Shown here piece by piece: positions 29,053 through 38,553 of a stretch of DNA of 64,000 nt (its first letter is position 1; each line of letters begins with the position of its first letter). A program made the translations under genes and the position numbers. The notes beneath the pieces were generated by a model. That model worked only from the letters and a program-made list of their open reading frames with translations, ran no database searches and was not told where the DNA came from. Source of the DNA: an uncultured Pelagibacteraceae bacterium (GTDB lineage Bacteria > Pseudomonadota > Alphaproteobacteria > Pelagibacterales > Pelagibacteraceae); contig CABXVD010000001.1 in NCBI GenBank assembly GCA_902515625.1, forward strand, positions 3,961-67,960. The letters are read 5' to 3'.

Positions 29053-30204
29053 ATGAATTTAAAAGATTGTCATAATTTTGCTGATTTTAGAAAATTGGCA
29101 CAAAAAAAGTTACCCTCTCCAATTTTTCATTACATTGATGGTGCTGCAGATGACGAAGTTACATATGCTAGAAATACAAATGCGTTTGATGATGTTGATT
29201 TAGTGCCAAATGTTTTAAGAGGTGTAGAAAATGTCGATTTATCCACAACAATATTTGGAAAGAAATTAGATTTACCTTTTTATTTATCACCTACCGCTTT
29301 ACAGAGATTATTTCATTATGATGGGGAAAGAGCTGTGGGTAAGGCTGCAAAAAAATACAATACCATGTTTGGGGTATCAGCCTTAGCAACAGTAAGTGTT
29401 GAGGAAATTTCTTCACTTGTTGACACACCAAAAATGTTTCAGTTTTATTTTCATAAAGACAGAGGCCTCAACGATTCTTGCTTAGAAAGAGCAAAAGCAG
29501 CTAAGTTTGATGTGATGGCTCTAACAGTTGATACAATTACTGGAGGAAATAGAGAAAGAGATTTGAGAACTGGGTTTACGTCACCACCTAAACTAACACT
29601 TTCAAGTTTATTTAGTTTTGCCACAAAGCCAATGTGGGGAATAAATTATTTAACAAAAGGTAAGTTTGAATTACCTCATCTTCAAGATTTTGTAAAAGAA
29701 GGTACTAGCACCAACTCTTCGATTGGAAATTATTTTTCTACAATGCTGGATCAGTCAATGAATTGGAAAGATGCGGAACAACTTTGCTCTAAATGGGGAG
29801 GTCATTTTGCTTTAAAAGGAGTGATGAGTGTTGAAGATGCTAAAAGAGCAGTAGATATTGGATGTACGGGGATAATGGTTTCAAACCATGGTGGTAGACA
29901 ATTAGATGGTTCCAGATCTCCTTTCGATCAACTTGCTGAAATTGTTGATGCTGTCGGTGATAAACTGGATGTAATTTGTGAGGGAGGAATTCACAGAGGA
30001 ACTCACATGCTTAAAGCATTATCATTAGGCGCAAAAGCATGTTCTGGTGGAAGATTATACTTATACGCTCTAGCGGCAGCTGGACAAGCAGGTGTTGAAA
30101 GAGCTTTAGAGAAGTATAAGTCTGAATTAGTAAGAGATATGAAGTTAATGGGTTGCACTAAAATAAGTGATTTAAATAGAAGTAATTTAAGATTTAGAAT
30201 ATAG
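29053..30204 (+). CDS. lldD: FMN-dependent L-2-hydroxy-acid dehydrogenase, paralog 1
   Basis: YIDG, LTVD, GNRERD, LKG and SNHGGRQLD. Confidence 0.9.
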   Translation: MNLKDCHNFADFRKLAQKKLPSPIFHYIDGAADDEVTYARNTNAFDDVDLVPNVLRGVENVDLSTTIFGKKLDLPFYLSPTALQRLFHYDGERAVGKAAKKYNTMFGVSALATVSVEEISSLVDTPKMFQFYFHKDRGLNDSCLERAKAAKFDVMALTVDTITGGNRERDLRTGFTSPPKLTLSSLFSFATKPMWGINYLTKGKFELPHLQDFVKEGTSTNSSIGNYFSTMLDQSMNWKDAEQLCSKWGGHFALKGVMSVEDAKRAVDIGCTGIMVSNHGGRQLDGSRSPFDQLAEIVDAVGDKLDVICEGGIHRGTHMLKALSLGAKACSGGRLYLYALAAAGQAGVERALEKYKSELVRDMKLMGCTKISDLNRSNLRFRI

Positions 30205-30209
30205 CAATC

Positions 30210-31361
30210 ATGAACATAAATGATTGTTATAACTTTGAAGACTTTAGAAAATTAGCAAAAAAAAAATTACCATCTCCTATTTTTCATTACATTGATGGTG
30301 GAGCAGATGATGAAGTTACTCTAAATAGAAATACAAATTCTTTCAATGATTGTGATCTTGTTCCAAATATATTAGCAAGTGTTGGAGAGCCTGATTTATC
30401 CACAACAGTATTTGGTAGAAAAATTGATATACCTCTTTTCTTATCACCGACAGCAATGCAAAGTTTGTACACTCCCGAAGGAGACAAAGCTTCAGCAAGA
30501 GCTGCTGAAAAATTTGGAACGATGTATAGCATGTCTACAATGGCATCATTTTCAATTGAAGAAATAGCCAATATTTCAAGTGGTCCAAAACTTTTTCAAC
30601 TATATGTTCATAAAGATCAATCTATTACTGACGATTTAATTGATAGATGTCGAAGAGCAAATTTTGATGGGCTTTGTTTGACTGTGGATACTCTTGTTGC
30701 TGGAAACAGAGAAAGAGATCATAGAACGGGGTTTACCACTCCTCCCAAATTAACCTTGGAAAGCTTACTAAGTTTTGCGATGCGTCCAGAATGGGTTTTT
30801 AAATATTTAACAAATAAAAAATTTGAGCTAGCTAACATTAAACACAAAACTGACAAAGGAACTAACATTGCGAAATCAGTCATAGATTATATTAATGAAC
30901 AATACGATCCTAAAATGAATTGGAAAGATGCAGAGTACTGTATTAAGAGATGGAATGGTCCTTTTGCATTGAAAGGAGTGATGTCGGTTGAAGATGCTAA
31001 AAGAGCAATTGATATTGGCTGCACTGCGATAATGATTTCTAATCATGGAGGAAGACAATTAGATGGTTCAAGATCTCCTTTCGATCAAGTGAAAGCTATT
31101 TCAGATGCAGTTGGTGATAAGTTAGAAATTATACTTGATGGTGGTATAAGAAGAGGAACGCATGTTCTTAAAGCGCTAGCTGCAGGAGCAACAGCTTGTA
31201 GTTTTGGTAAAGCATATCTTTTTAGCTTAGGAGCTGGAGGTCAAAAAGGAGTTGAAAGATTATTAGACAATATGCAAAAAGAAATTAGAAGAAATATGAT
31301 TTTGATGGGATGTAAAAAAATTGAAGACTTGGATGCGTCAAAAATAATCTACCGCAACTAA
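30210..31361 (+). CDS. lldD: FMN-dependent L-2-hydroxy-acid dehydrogenase, paralog 2
   Basis: Same motifs as paralog 1, plus DGGIRRG. Confidence 0.9.
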   Translation: MNINDCYNFEDFRKLAKKKLPSPIFHYIDGGADDEVTLNRNTNSFNDCDLVPNILASVGEPDLSTTVFGRKIDIPLFLSPTAMQSLYTPEGDKASARAAEKFGTMYSMSTMASFSIEEIANISSGPKLFQLYVHKDQSITDDLIDRCRRANFDGLCLTVDTLVAGNRERDHRTGFTTPPKLTLESLLSFAMRPEWVFKYLTNKKFELANIKHKTDKGTNIAKSVIDYINEQYDPKMNWKDAEYCIKRWNGPFALKGVMSVEDAKRAIDIGCTAIMISNHGGRQLDGSRSPFDQVKAISDAVGDKLEIILDGGIRRGTHVLKALAAGATACSFGKAYLFSLGAGGQKGVERLLDNMQKEIRRNMILMGCKKIEDLDASKIIYRN

Positions 31362-31466
31362 TCAATAAGTAATTTTCAGGATTATTGTAAAAACCTAAAA
31401 CAGGTTATTTAAAAAACATGAATAGACATTAGCCCACTTTTCGTCTAGGTTTTCATTTTTAAAATT

Positions 31467-32633
31467 ATGAGACTTGCAAAAAATTTAGATAAATTAGGAA
31501 CAGAGACTGCATTTAGTGTCTTAGCGGAAGCTAAAGCATTAGAGGCGAAAGGTCATCCAATGATTCATCTAGGGTTAGGTCAGCCAGATTTTAAAACACC
31601 TAAGCACGTAGTTGAAGCTGCAAAAAAAGCTTTAGATGATGGACACCATGGATATGTAATGTCTAACGGAATTCCAGAATGTAGAGAAGCTGTAACAAGG
31701 TGGATTAAAAAACAGTATAACGCAAATATTGATGCTGAAAGAATTTTAATTATGCCCGGTGGAAAGCCTACAATGAGTTATGCCATTCAATGTTTTGGTG
31801 AACCAGGAGCAGAAATAATTCATCCCACACCAGCATTTCCGATTTATGAATCAATGATAAATTATACCGGTTCGACACCTGTACCATATGATCTTACTGA
31901 AGATAAAGATCTTAAATTTGATCCAGATAAAATTTTATCTCTAATTACTGATAAAACTAGATTGTTAATTTTAATTAATCCAAATAACCCAACAGGTAGT
32001 TTTGTTGAAAAACCCGTAATAGATTATTTTGCAAAAGAATTAGAAAAACATCCACATGTTACTATCTTAAGTGATGAAATTTATAGTAGACAAATTTTTG
32101 ACTACAAAGAAATGCCATCTTTTTTTCATTATGAAGCATTAAAGGATAGGCTAATTGTTTTAGAGGGATGGAGTAAAGCTTACTCAATGACTGGTTGGAG
32201 ACTAGGATGGAGTTATTGGCCCAAAGAAATGATTACACATGTTAATAAATTATTAATAAATAGTGTATCTTGTGTAAATGCAGCTGCACAATATGCAGGT
32301 ATAGCAGCTTTAGATGGTCCAGATGATTCAATCAAAGACATGCTAGATAAATTTACATTGAGAAGAAATTTAATTCACAAAGGATTAAATGATTTACCTG
32401 GAATTGAATGTAGTTTACCCGGTGGCGCTTTTTATGCTTTTCCAAAAGTAATAGGTACAGGCATGAATGGCTCTGAATTTTGTAAAAAAGCTATGCACGA
32501 AGCTGGAGTTGCAATTGTCCCAGGAACAGCATTTGGTAAAACTTGCCAAGATTATGTAAGATTTAGTTTTGCAGCATCTAGAGATAATATACAGCAAGCA
32601 TTGGAAAATATAGGCAAGATGCTTTCTAAATAA
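31467..32633 (+). CDS. PLP-dependent class I/II aminotransferase (aspartate aminotransferase-like)
   Basis: GQPDF, NPNNPTG, SDEIY and SKAYSMTGWRLG. Confidence 0.93.
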   Translation: MRLAKNLDKLGTETAFSVLAEAKALEAKGHPMIHLGLGQPDFKTPKHVVEAAKKALDDGHHGYVMSNGIPECREAVTRWIKKQYNANIDAERILIMPGGKPTMSYAIQCFGEPGAEIIHPTPAFPIYESMINYTGSTPVPYDLTEDKDLKFDPDKILSLITDKTRLLILINPNNPTGSFVEKPVIDYFAKELEKHPHVTILSDEIYSRQIFDYKEMPSFFHYEALKDRLIVLEGWSKAYSMTGWRLGWSYWPKEMITHVNKLLINSVSCVNAAAQYAGIAALDGPDDSIKDMLDKFTLRRNLIHKGLNDLPGIECSLPGGAFYAFPKVIGTGMNGSEFCKKAMHEAGVAIVPGTAFGKTCQDYVRFSFAASRDNIQQALENIGKMLSK

Positions 32634-32677
32634 GCTGTATTTTTTTATTTTTTTTATTATTATTAATATTTAGAATT

Positions 32678-34051
32678 ATGAACCAGCAAGTTGAAATAGA
32701 ATTAAAAAATCTTTTAAATAGTAGATATTCAACATCGGAGTCTGCTCGTGGAAATTATGCAAGAGGTGAAGATACCTACGATCCAATTCTATCAAAAGCA
32801 GTTGTCTTTCCTGAAACTAATGAAGAAGTTTCAAAAATATTAAAACTTTGTAACGAACATAAAATACCAGTAGTTCCATATGGTACAGGAACATCATTAG
32901 AGGGAAATGTTGTGGGAAATGAAGATGGCATAACTATTTGTTTGGAAAAAATGAATAAAATTTTAAGTGTTAATGCTGAAGATTTTGATTGTAGAGTTCA
33001 AGCTTGTGTAACAAAGGAACAATTAAACGAGTATTTGAGAGAAGATGGAGTTTTTTTCCCGATTGATCCTGGAGCAAACGCAGCTTTAGGTGGCATGGCC
33101 TCAACCTCAGCATCAGGAACAATGGCTGTAAAATATGGAACTATGAAGACAGTTATTTCAGGTCTAACAGTAGTTTTACCAAATGGTGATATCATTAATA
33201 CAGGTGGTAGAACTAAAAAAACTTCAGCAGGTTATAATTTAACTAATCTATTTATTGGATCAGAAGGAACTCTAGGTATTATTACTGAAGTTCATTTAAG
33301 ATTATCTCCAATACCAGAAAGTATTATGAGTGCGGTTTGTCATTTTCCTTCATTAGAGGATGCAGTAATGACAGCTCAACAGGTTATTCAGTACGGTGTT
33401 CCAATTGCAAGGATTGAAATGTTAAATGCAGATCAAATGGGTATTAGTATTAATTATTCAAAATTAAAAGATATTGAGGCAGTGCCAACTTTATTTTTTG
33501 AATTTCATGGATCAGAGTCCTCGAATAAAGAGAATATTGAAATTGTAGAAGAATTATCAAAAGACAACAAAGGTAGTTCTTTTAAATGGGCTAAAGATTT
33601 AGAAGACAGAAACAAACTTTGGCAAGCAAGATGGGACGTATATTATTCTGTTAAGGCTTTAAATGATAACGGAAGAGTTTATTCAACTGATGTATGTGTT
33701 CCAATTTCAAAGATTACAGAGTGTGTAAAATTTGCAGAAGAAAAAGCAAAAGAATTTGGAGTTAGGGCTCCAATGGTTGGCCACATGGGTGATGGTAATT
33801 TCCATGTCGTTCTACCTTACGATCCTGCAAAAAAAGAAATGTATAAACAACTTAGAGCTTTTAATAGCTCGTTAATTAGAAAAGCTTTAGAGCTTGAGGG
33901 AACCATCACAGGCGAACACGGTGTAGGTCTCCATAAAAAAGAGTATTTATTAGAGCAGCATCCCGATAGTATTCCAGTAATGAAATCAATTAAAAGAACA
34001 TTGGATCCAAATAATATAATGAATCCTGGAAAAATTTTCGATCTAAACTAA
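32678..34051 (+). CDS. FAD-linked D-2-hydroxy-acid (D-lactate-type) dehydrogenase
   Basis: GTGTSLEG, PIDPGA, GSEGTLG, GHMGDGNFH, GEHGVG and NPGK. Confidence 0.9.
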   Translation: MNQQVEIELKNLLNSRYSTSESARGNYARGEDTYDPILSKAVVFPETNEEVSKILKLCNEHKIPVVPYGTGTSLEGNVVGNEDGITICLEKMNKILSVNAEDFDCRVQACVTKEQLNEYLREDGVFFPIDPGANAALGGMASTSASGTMAVKYGTMKTVISGLTVVLPNGDIINTGGRTKKTSAGYNLTNLFIGSEGTLGIITEVHLRLSPIPESIMSAVCHFPSLEDAVMTAQQVIQYGVPIARIEMLNADQMGISINYSKLKDIEAVPTLFFEFHGSESSNKENIEIVEELSKDNKGSSFKWAKDLEDRNKLWQARWDVYYSVKALNDNGRVYSTDVCVPISKITECVKFAEEKAKEFGVRAPMVGHMGDGNFHVVLPYDPAKKEMYKQLRAFNSSLIRKALELEGTITGEHGVGLHKKEYLLEQHPDSIPVMKSIKRTLDPNNIMNPGKIFDLN

Positions 34052-34059
34052 TCTTAAAT

Positions 34060-35013
34060 ATGAAAAAAATCCTGATCACTAGGAGATTACTAAGATCTTG
34101 TGAGGATAAAGCTAAAGAAACATTTGAAGCAAATTTTAATTTAAACGATGAATTATATTCTCAAAAAAAATTAATTGAGTTAAGTGGTGGGCAAGATGGT
34201 ATATTGTCCTCCTTAACTGATAAATTAGATGCTGAAACAATAAATCAACTTCCAGACTCGATAAAAATTATTTCTAATTTTGCCGTTGGATTTGGGAATA
34301 TAGACTTAGAAGCAGCAAAGAAAAAAGGTATTGCAGTCACCAATACTCCAGATGTTTTGACTGATGCAACAGCTGAGATTGGAGTGTTGTTGATTTTGGG
34401 TGCATGTAGGCGTGCTGCTGAGGGAATAGAAAGTGCAAAAGTAGGTGGCTGGAAATGGTCAGCAGATTATTTAATTGGCAAACAACTAACAGGTGCCAGA
34501 CTTGGAATACTTGGCATGGGGAGAATTGGACAAAAAATTGCAAAAGTTGCTAAATCTTTAGGAATGATCATTCATTATCACAATAGATCTAAGCTAAGTG
34601 AAGATAAAGAAGACGGAGCGACATACCATGATAATTTAAAAGACTTACTTTCAGTATCAGATGTATTGTCAGTTTGTTGTCCAGCTTCAAAAGAAACAGT
34701 CGATATGATTAATAAAGATACAATTGAATATTTACCTAAAGGTGCAATTGTTACAAACGTTGCAAGAGGAGATATTATCGAGGATGAAGCTTTGATAGAT
34801 GCTCTTGAACGAAGAAAAGTTTACGCTGTAGGATTGGATGTTTATAAGAATGAACCAAATTTAAATCCTGGATATCTTAAACATAAAAGCGCATTTATCC
34901 TTCCACATTTAGGTAGTGCTACCAAAGAAACCCGAACAGCAATGGCTAATTTAGCAATAGATAATATTGATGAATTTTTTAAAACGGGTAGCTGTAAGAA
35001 TAAAGTAAATTAA
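34060..35013 (+). CDS. NAD(P)-dependent D-2-hydroxyacid dehydrogenase (glyoxylate/hydroxypyruvate reductase-like)
   Basis: VTNTPDVLT, GMGRIG, NVARG, GLDVY..EP and PHLGSAT. Confidence 0.92.
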   Translation: MKKILITRRLLRSCEDKAKETFEANFNLNDELYSQKKLIELSGGQDGILSSLTDKLDAETINQLPDSIKIISNFAVGFGNIDLEAAKKKGIAVTNTPDVLTDATAEIGVLLILGACRRAAEGIESAKVGGWKWSADYLIGKQLTGARLGILGMGRIGQKIAKVAKSLGMIIHYHNRSKLSEDKEDGATYHDNLKDLLSVSDVLSVCCPASKETVDMINKDTIEYLPKGAIVTNVARGDIIEDEALIDALERRKVYAVGLDVYKNEPNLNPGYLKHKSAFILPHLGSATKETRTAMANLAIDNIDEFFKTGSCKNKVN

Positions 35014-35022
35014 TCATAATTC

Positions 35023-36234
35023 ATGAACAAACCTGTTTTAGCCAAATCAAAGGCTATTACGATATTTTTAGTTTTTGCTTTAGGATATTTTATTTCAAAT
35101 CTTCTAAGAGCAATTACTGCAACTATTTCACCAGAGCTAGTTACCGAATTTAATCTAACAGCTGGAGAACTTGGTCTTTTAGGTGGAGGGTATTTTTTAG
35201 GATTTGCGAGCGTTCAAATTCCACTTGGTTATTTATTAGACTCGAAAGGACCAAAGAAAATTGTTTCTTATTTTTTATCTTTAACAATTATTGGATTAAT
35301 TTTATTTGCCTCAGCACAAAATTTAACAATGCTTCTCATTTCGAGAATTTTAATTGGTATTGGAGTGGGTGCATGTTTGATGGGACCACTCACTGCATAT
35401 AGAATTTGGTATCAGGATCAAACTCAACAACGAGCTAATTCTTGGATGTTAATGGTAGGAGCAATCGGAATGCTATTCTCTAGTTTGCCAGTTCAATATT
35501 TTTTACCAATAATTGGATGGAGAGATATATTTATGTGTTTAGCTGTTTTAACTTTTTTAAGCATAGTTTTAATCATTATATTTATTCCTAAGTGGGATTC
35601 AGATAGAATTACTAGTGAAGACTCCGGCGACTCAAAATTAAGCACTGTTTGGAAAAATCCCTTATTTAAAAGTTTGGTTCCAATGGGCTTTTTTAATTAT
35701 GGGGGATTATTTGCTATCCAAACATTGTGGGCTGGCCCATGGATGGTAAGAGTTTCTGGATACACGCCAGAAGAAAGTGCCCAAGGTCTTTTTCTAATTT
35801 ATTTTTGTATGCTTTTCTCTTTCTTAAGTTGGGGCTATTTTGTTCCAAGGTTTTCAAAAAGTGTAAGTGATGCTGTAAAATTATTAAGATTTGGTGCTCC
35901 AATAAATCTAATAGTATTATCAATAATTATTTATTTAGGTCCAAACGCTGGTGCAATTCATTGGGCAATATTTATAGTTAGTTCAATATTTTTATCTTTA
36001 ACTCAGCCTGCGGTTGGCATGGCTTTTTCATTATCTAATGCTGGAAAAGCCTTAACATCTTTTAATTTATTAATATTTATAGGAGCATTTTCGTTACAAT
36101 GGATAATTGGACTGATTATTGATCTAGGAATTAGTTTAAATTTTTCTGAAATAAATTCTTTTAAATTTGCGATGATTTTTGTTCTTATTACTTCTCTCTC
36201 ATCTTATTTTTATTTTTTGGTTAAAAATAAATAA
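35023..36234 (+). CDS. MFS transporter
   Basis: About 12 TM helices; G.LLD..GPKK (motif A-like) and SRILIGIG. Confidence 0.9.
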   Translation: MNKPVLAKSKAITIFLVFALGYFISNLLRAITATISPELVTEFNLTAGELGLLGGGYFLGFASVQIPLGYLLDSKGPKKIVSYFLSLTIIGLILFASAQNLTMLLISRILIGIGVGACLMGPLTAYRIWYQDQTQQRANSWMLMVGAIGMLFSSLPVQYFLPIIGWRDIFMCLAVLTFLSIVLIIIFIPKWDSDRITSEDSGDSKLSTVWKNPLFKSLVPMGFFNYGGLFAIQTLWAGPWMVRVSGYTPEESAQGLFLIYFCMLFSFLSWGYFVPRFSKSVSDAVKLLRFGAPINLIVLSIIIYLGPNAGAIHWAIFIVSSIFLSLTQPAVGMAFSLSNAGKALTSFNLLIFIGAFSLQWIIGLIIDLGISLNFSEINSFKFAMIFVLITSLSSYFYFLVKNK

Positions 36235-36240
36235 ATTTAT

Positions 36241-37326
36241 TTAATTAAGATGTTTATAAACAGTTGTTCTCGAAACTCCTAATTTTCTAGAGACAGCCAT
36301 TATGTTCTTTGATTTTAAATAAGTTGATCTAATTAGTTTACATCTTTCTCTTCGAATTTTTGTGTCATTACATTTTTTACAAGCGTCAATTTTTTTTGAA
36401 CTATTATTAGCTATAAGTTTGTTTTCTTTAAAGTTTTGGCTTTTTGTTACAAAAACAGATGAACCTAAGTGATCAGTTATCTTTAAAGTTTTATCGTTTA
36501 ATAAGTCTGAAGCAATAGAGGAAAAAGAATTTGTGAAGATCTTATTAAAGTTTTCATTTTTTAAATCTACTAAACCATTAAGCATAATTTTTGCATTTTG
36601 ATTTGCTCCAACGATTACACCATCTCCATTGATTGCCAATAACCCAACACTTGTGGTTGACAAGTATTCTAATCTTGGATGGAAAGACAAAATTAATTCA
36701 TTATTAAATTTTCTAATAAATAATTTTGTTTCAATACTTCGGGTTGCAAGTTTTACTAGCGCCAAAGTATGTTGCTCTCTTGACATAGAATCCGTAGAGG
36801 CATCAATGATACCAATTGTTTTACCATCGTAGTTAATAATTGGGCTTGCAAAACATGAAATATTTTCATGGGCAATAAAGAAATGCTCTTTACCAGAAAC
36901 AATGGTTGGTTTTTTTAATTCAACTGACAATCCTAAACCATTAGTGCCACAAACATTTTCAGCCCAAATGGATCCAGGCACAACTGTCTTGCCAACATCT
37001 GTTTTAAGACAAGTTTTATCGTAAATGGTATCAAGTACTAATCCATTTTCATCTGAGTATGCTACCATAAAATTAGTTCCAGCAATTTGGGAATATAAAA
37101 GTTCTAATTCTGGAATAATTAATTTTCTTATACTCTCGTTTTTTTCTTTGATCTTTTTAAGTTCTATTGAAGAAATAATACTTTGCTTTGGATCTCTAAA
37201 AGGATCTAATCCATTATTCACACATCTTGTCCAACTTTCAGAAATTTCATTGCTGATTTTTTGTGAGATCATTCCTCTTCTTTCAAGGATATTTTTAATC
37301 TCTTGGTTTTGAGGTATTAAATCCAT
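36241..37326 (-). CDS. AcoR-like transcriptional regulator (GAF-PAS-Fis HTH) lacking the AAA+ domain
   Basis: SWTRC...GLDP, W.E...GTNGLG, EHF and CFASPI (AcoR-type GAF); GLLAINGDG.IVGAN (PAS-like); C-terminal SRKLGVSRTTVYK. No Walker A or GAFTGA motif. Confidence 0.85.
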   Translation of the reverse strand: MDLIPQNQEIKNILERRGMISQKISNEISESWTRCVNNGLDPFRDPKQSIISSIELKKIKEKNESIRKLIIPELELLYSQIAGTNFMVAYSDENGLVLDTIYDKTCLKTDVGKTVVPGSIWAENVCGTNGLGLSVELKKPTIVSGKEHFFIAHENISCFASPIINYDGKTIGIIDASTDSMSREQHTLALVKLATRSIETKLFIRKFNNELILSFHPRLEYLSTTSVGLLAINGDGVIVGANQNAKIMLNGLVDLKNENFNKIFTNSFSSIASDLLNDKTLKITDHLGSSVFVTKSQNFKENKLIANNSSKKIDACKKCNDTKIRRERCKLIRSTYLKSKNIMAVSRKLGVSRTTVYKHLN

Positions 37327-37359
37327 GTAGTGACGAGAATATTATAAATAAACAATAGA

Positions 37360-37440
37360 ACAACCAACTTGAGGTTGTATTTGTTAACTTATTGAACACT
37401 TAAAAGTGCCATTGACTCCATCGCATATACTATTTTTAAT
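37360..37440 (+). promoter_or_regulatory. Putative operator palindromes and sigma70 promoter of the ADH-ABC operon
   Basis: ACAACC-N7-GGTTGT (37360-37378), TGTT-N9-AACA (37382-37398) and TTGACT-N17-TTTAAT (37412-37440). Confidence 0.5.
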
Positions 37441-37472
37441 ATGCTTTGAAAAAAATTAAAGGGAGAGAATTA

Positions 37473-38534
37473 ATGAAAGCTCAAGTTTTACATAAATACG
37501 ACCCAGAAATGAAAGAGAAAATTTGGGTAACAGAGCAAGAAATGCCTGATCCAAAATTAGAAAAATCCACAGATGTTATAGTCAAAATAGGTGCGGCAGG
37601 TGTTTGCAGAACAGACTTACATATAATTGAAGGCGTTTGGAAACATATTCAAGATCCAGATGATAAGCTTCTTCCTTGCGTCATGGGACATGAGAACGCT
37701 GGATGGGTTGAGGAAGTAGGAAAAGACGTTACTAATTTTAAAAAAGGGGATTCAGTCATTTTACATCCTTTAATATCAGGGACTGGTGGAACTTGTTTAG
37801 ATTGCAGAAGAGGAAATGATATGCACGCTGAAGCAGGTGCATTTCCAGGACTAAATATAAAAGAAGGTGGATATGCTGAGCTTTTAAAAACTAGTGTTAG
37901 AAACTTAATTAAGTTACCAACTGTTTTAACACCTAAAGATGTTGCTCCTTTTTCAGATGCAGGTTTGACTGCATATAGAGTTGTAAAAAAAGCTACAAGA
38001 CATCTTTTACCAGGACAGAACTGTGTAATTATAGGTGCAGGTGGTCTAGGGCATATTGCGATTCAATGTTTAAAAGCAATGTGTGCAGCAAATATAATCA
38101 TAGTTGAAAAATCAAAAACTGCACTTGATCACGCTATGCCACTTGGTGGCGATAAAGGAGTATTGATTGATGGAAATGAAGTAGAACAAGTCATGGAGCT
38201 AACCAAAGGTAAAGGTGCTGAAGCTGTAATAGATTTTGTAGGTGAAAAAGGTTCTACATCAATGGGCTTGAACATGACATCAGGTGGTGGTTATTATTAT
38301 ATCGTTGGTTATGGTGAGGAAATAAAAATCCTTGCAGTGGATGTAATTATAGCTGAGAAAAATATAATTGGAAATTTAGTGGGAACGTGGTCTGAGTTGT
38401 ATGAACTTATGGAACTAGCTGACAAAGGATTAGTTAAGCTATCTATGGCAGAATACAAACTAGACGATGCTAATAAAGCACTTCATGATCTTAACGAGGG
38501 AAAAGTTAAGGGACGAGCTGTTTTAGTTCCATAA
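37473..38534 (+). CDS. Zn-dependent NAD(P) alcohol dehydrogenase (MDR family)
   Basis: GVCRTDLH, GHE, DAGLTAY, GAGGLG and GRAVLVP. Start set at ATG 37473, behind a GGGAGA SD. Confidence 0.92.
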   Translation: MKAQVLHKYDPEMKEKIWVTEQEMPDPKLEKSTDVIVKIGAAGVCRTDLHIIEGVWKHIQDPDDKLLPCVMGHENAGWVEEVGKDVTNFKKGDSVILHPLISGTGGTCLDCRRGNDMHAEAGAFPGLNIKEGGYAELLKTSVRNLIKLPTVLTPKDVAPFSDAGLTAYRVVKKATRHLLPGQNCVIIGAGGLGHIAIQCLKAMCAANIIIVEKSKTALDHAMPLGGDKGVLIDGNEVEQVMELTKGKGAEAVIDFVGEKGSTSMGLNMTSGGGYYYIVGYGEEIKILAVDVIIAEKNIIGNLVGTWSELYELMELADKGLVKLSMAEYKLDDANKALHDLNEGKVKGRAVLVP

Positions 38535-38553
38535 AAAAAAAAGAGAGGAAATA

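Noticed and set aside
37397-37411. TGGCAC on the minus strand as a possible sigma54 -24 element
   Set aside because: The -12 TTGC is missing at the required spacing (reads TGGCAC-TTTTA-AGTG), and it points away from the ADH operon.
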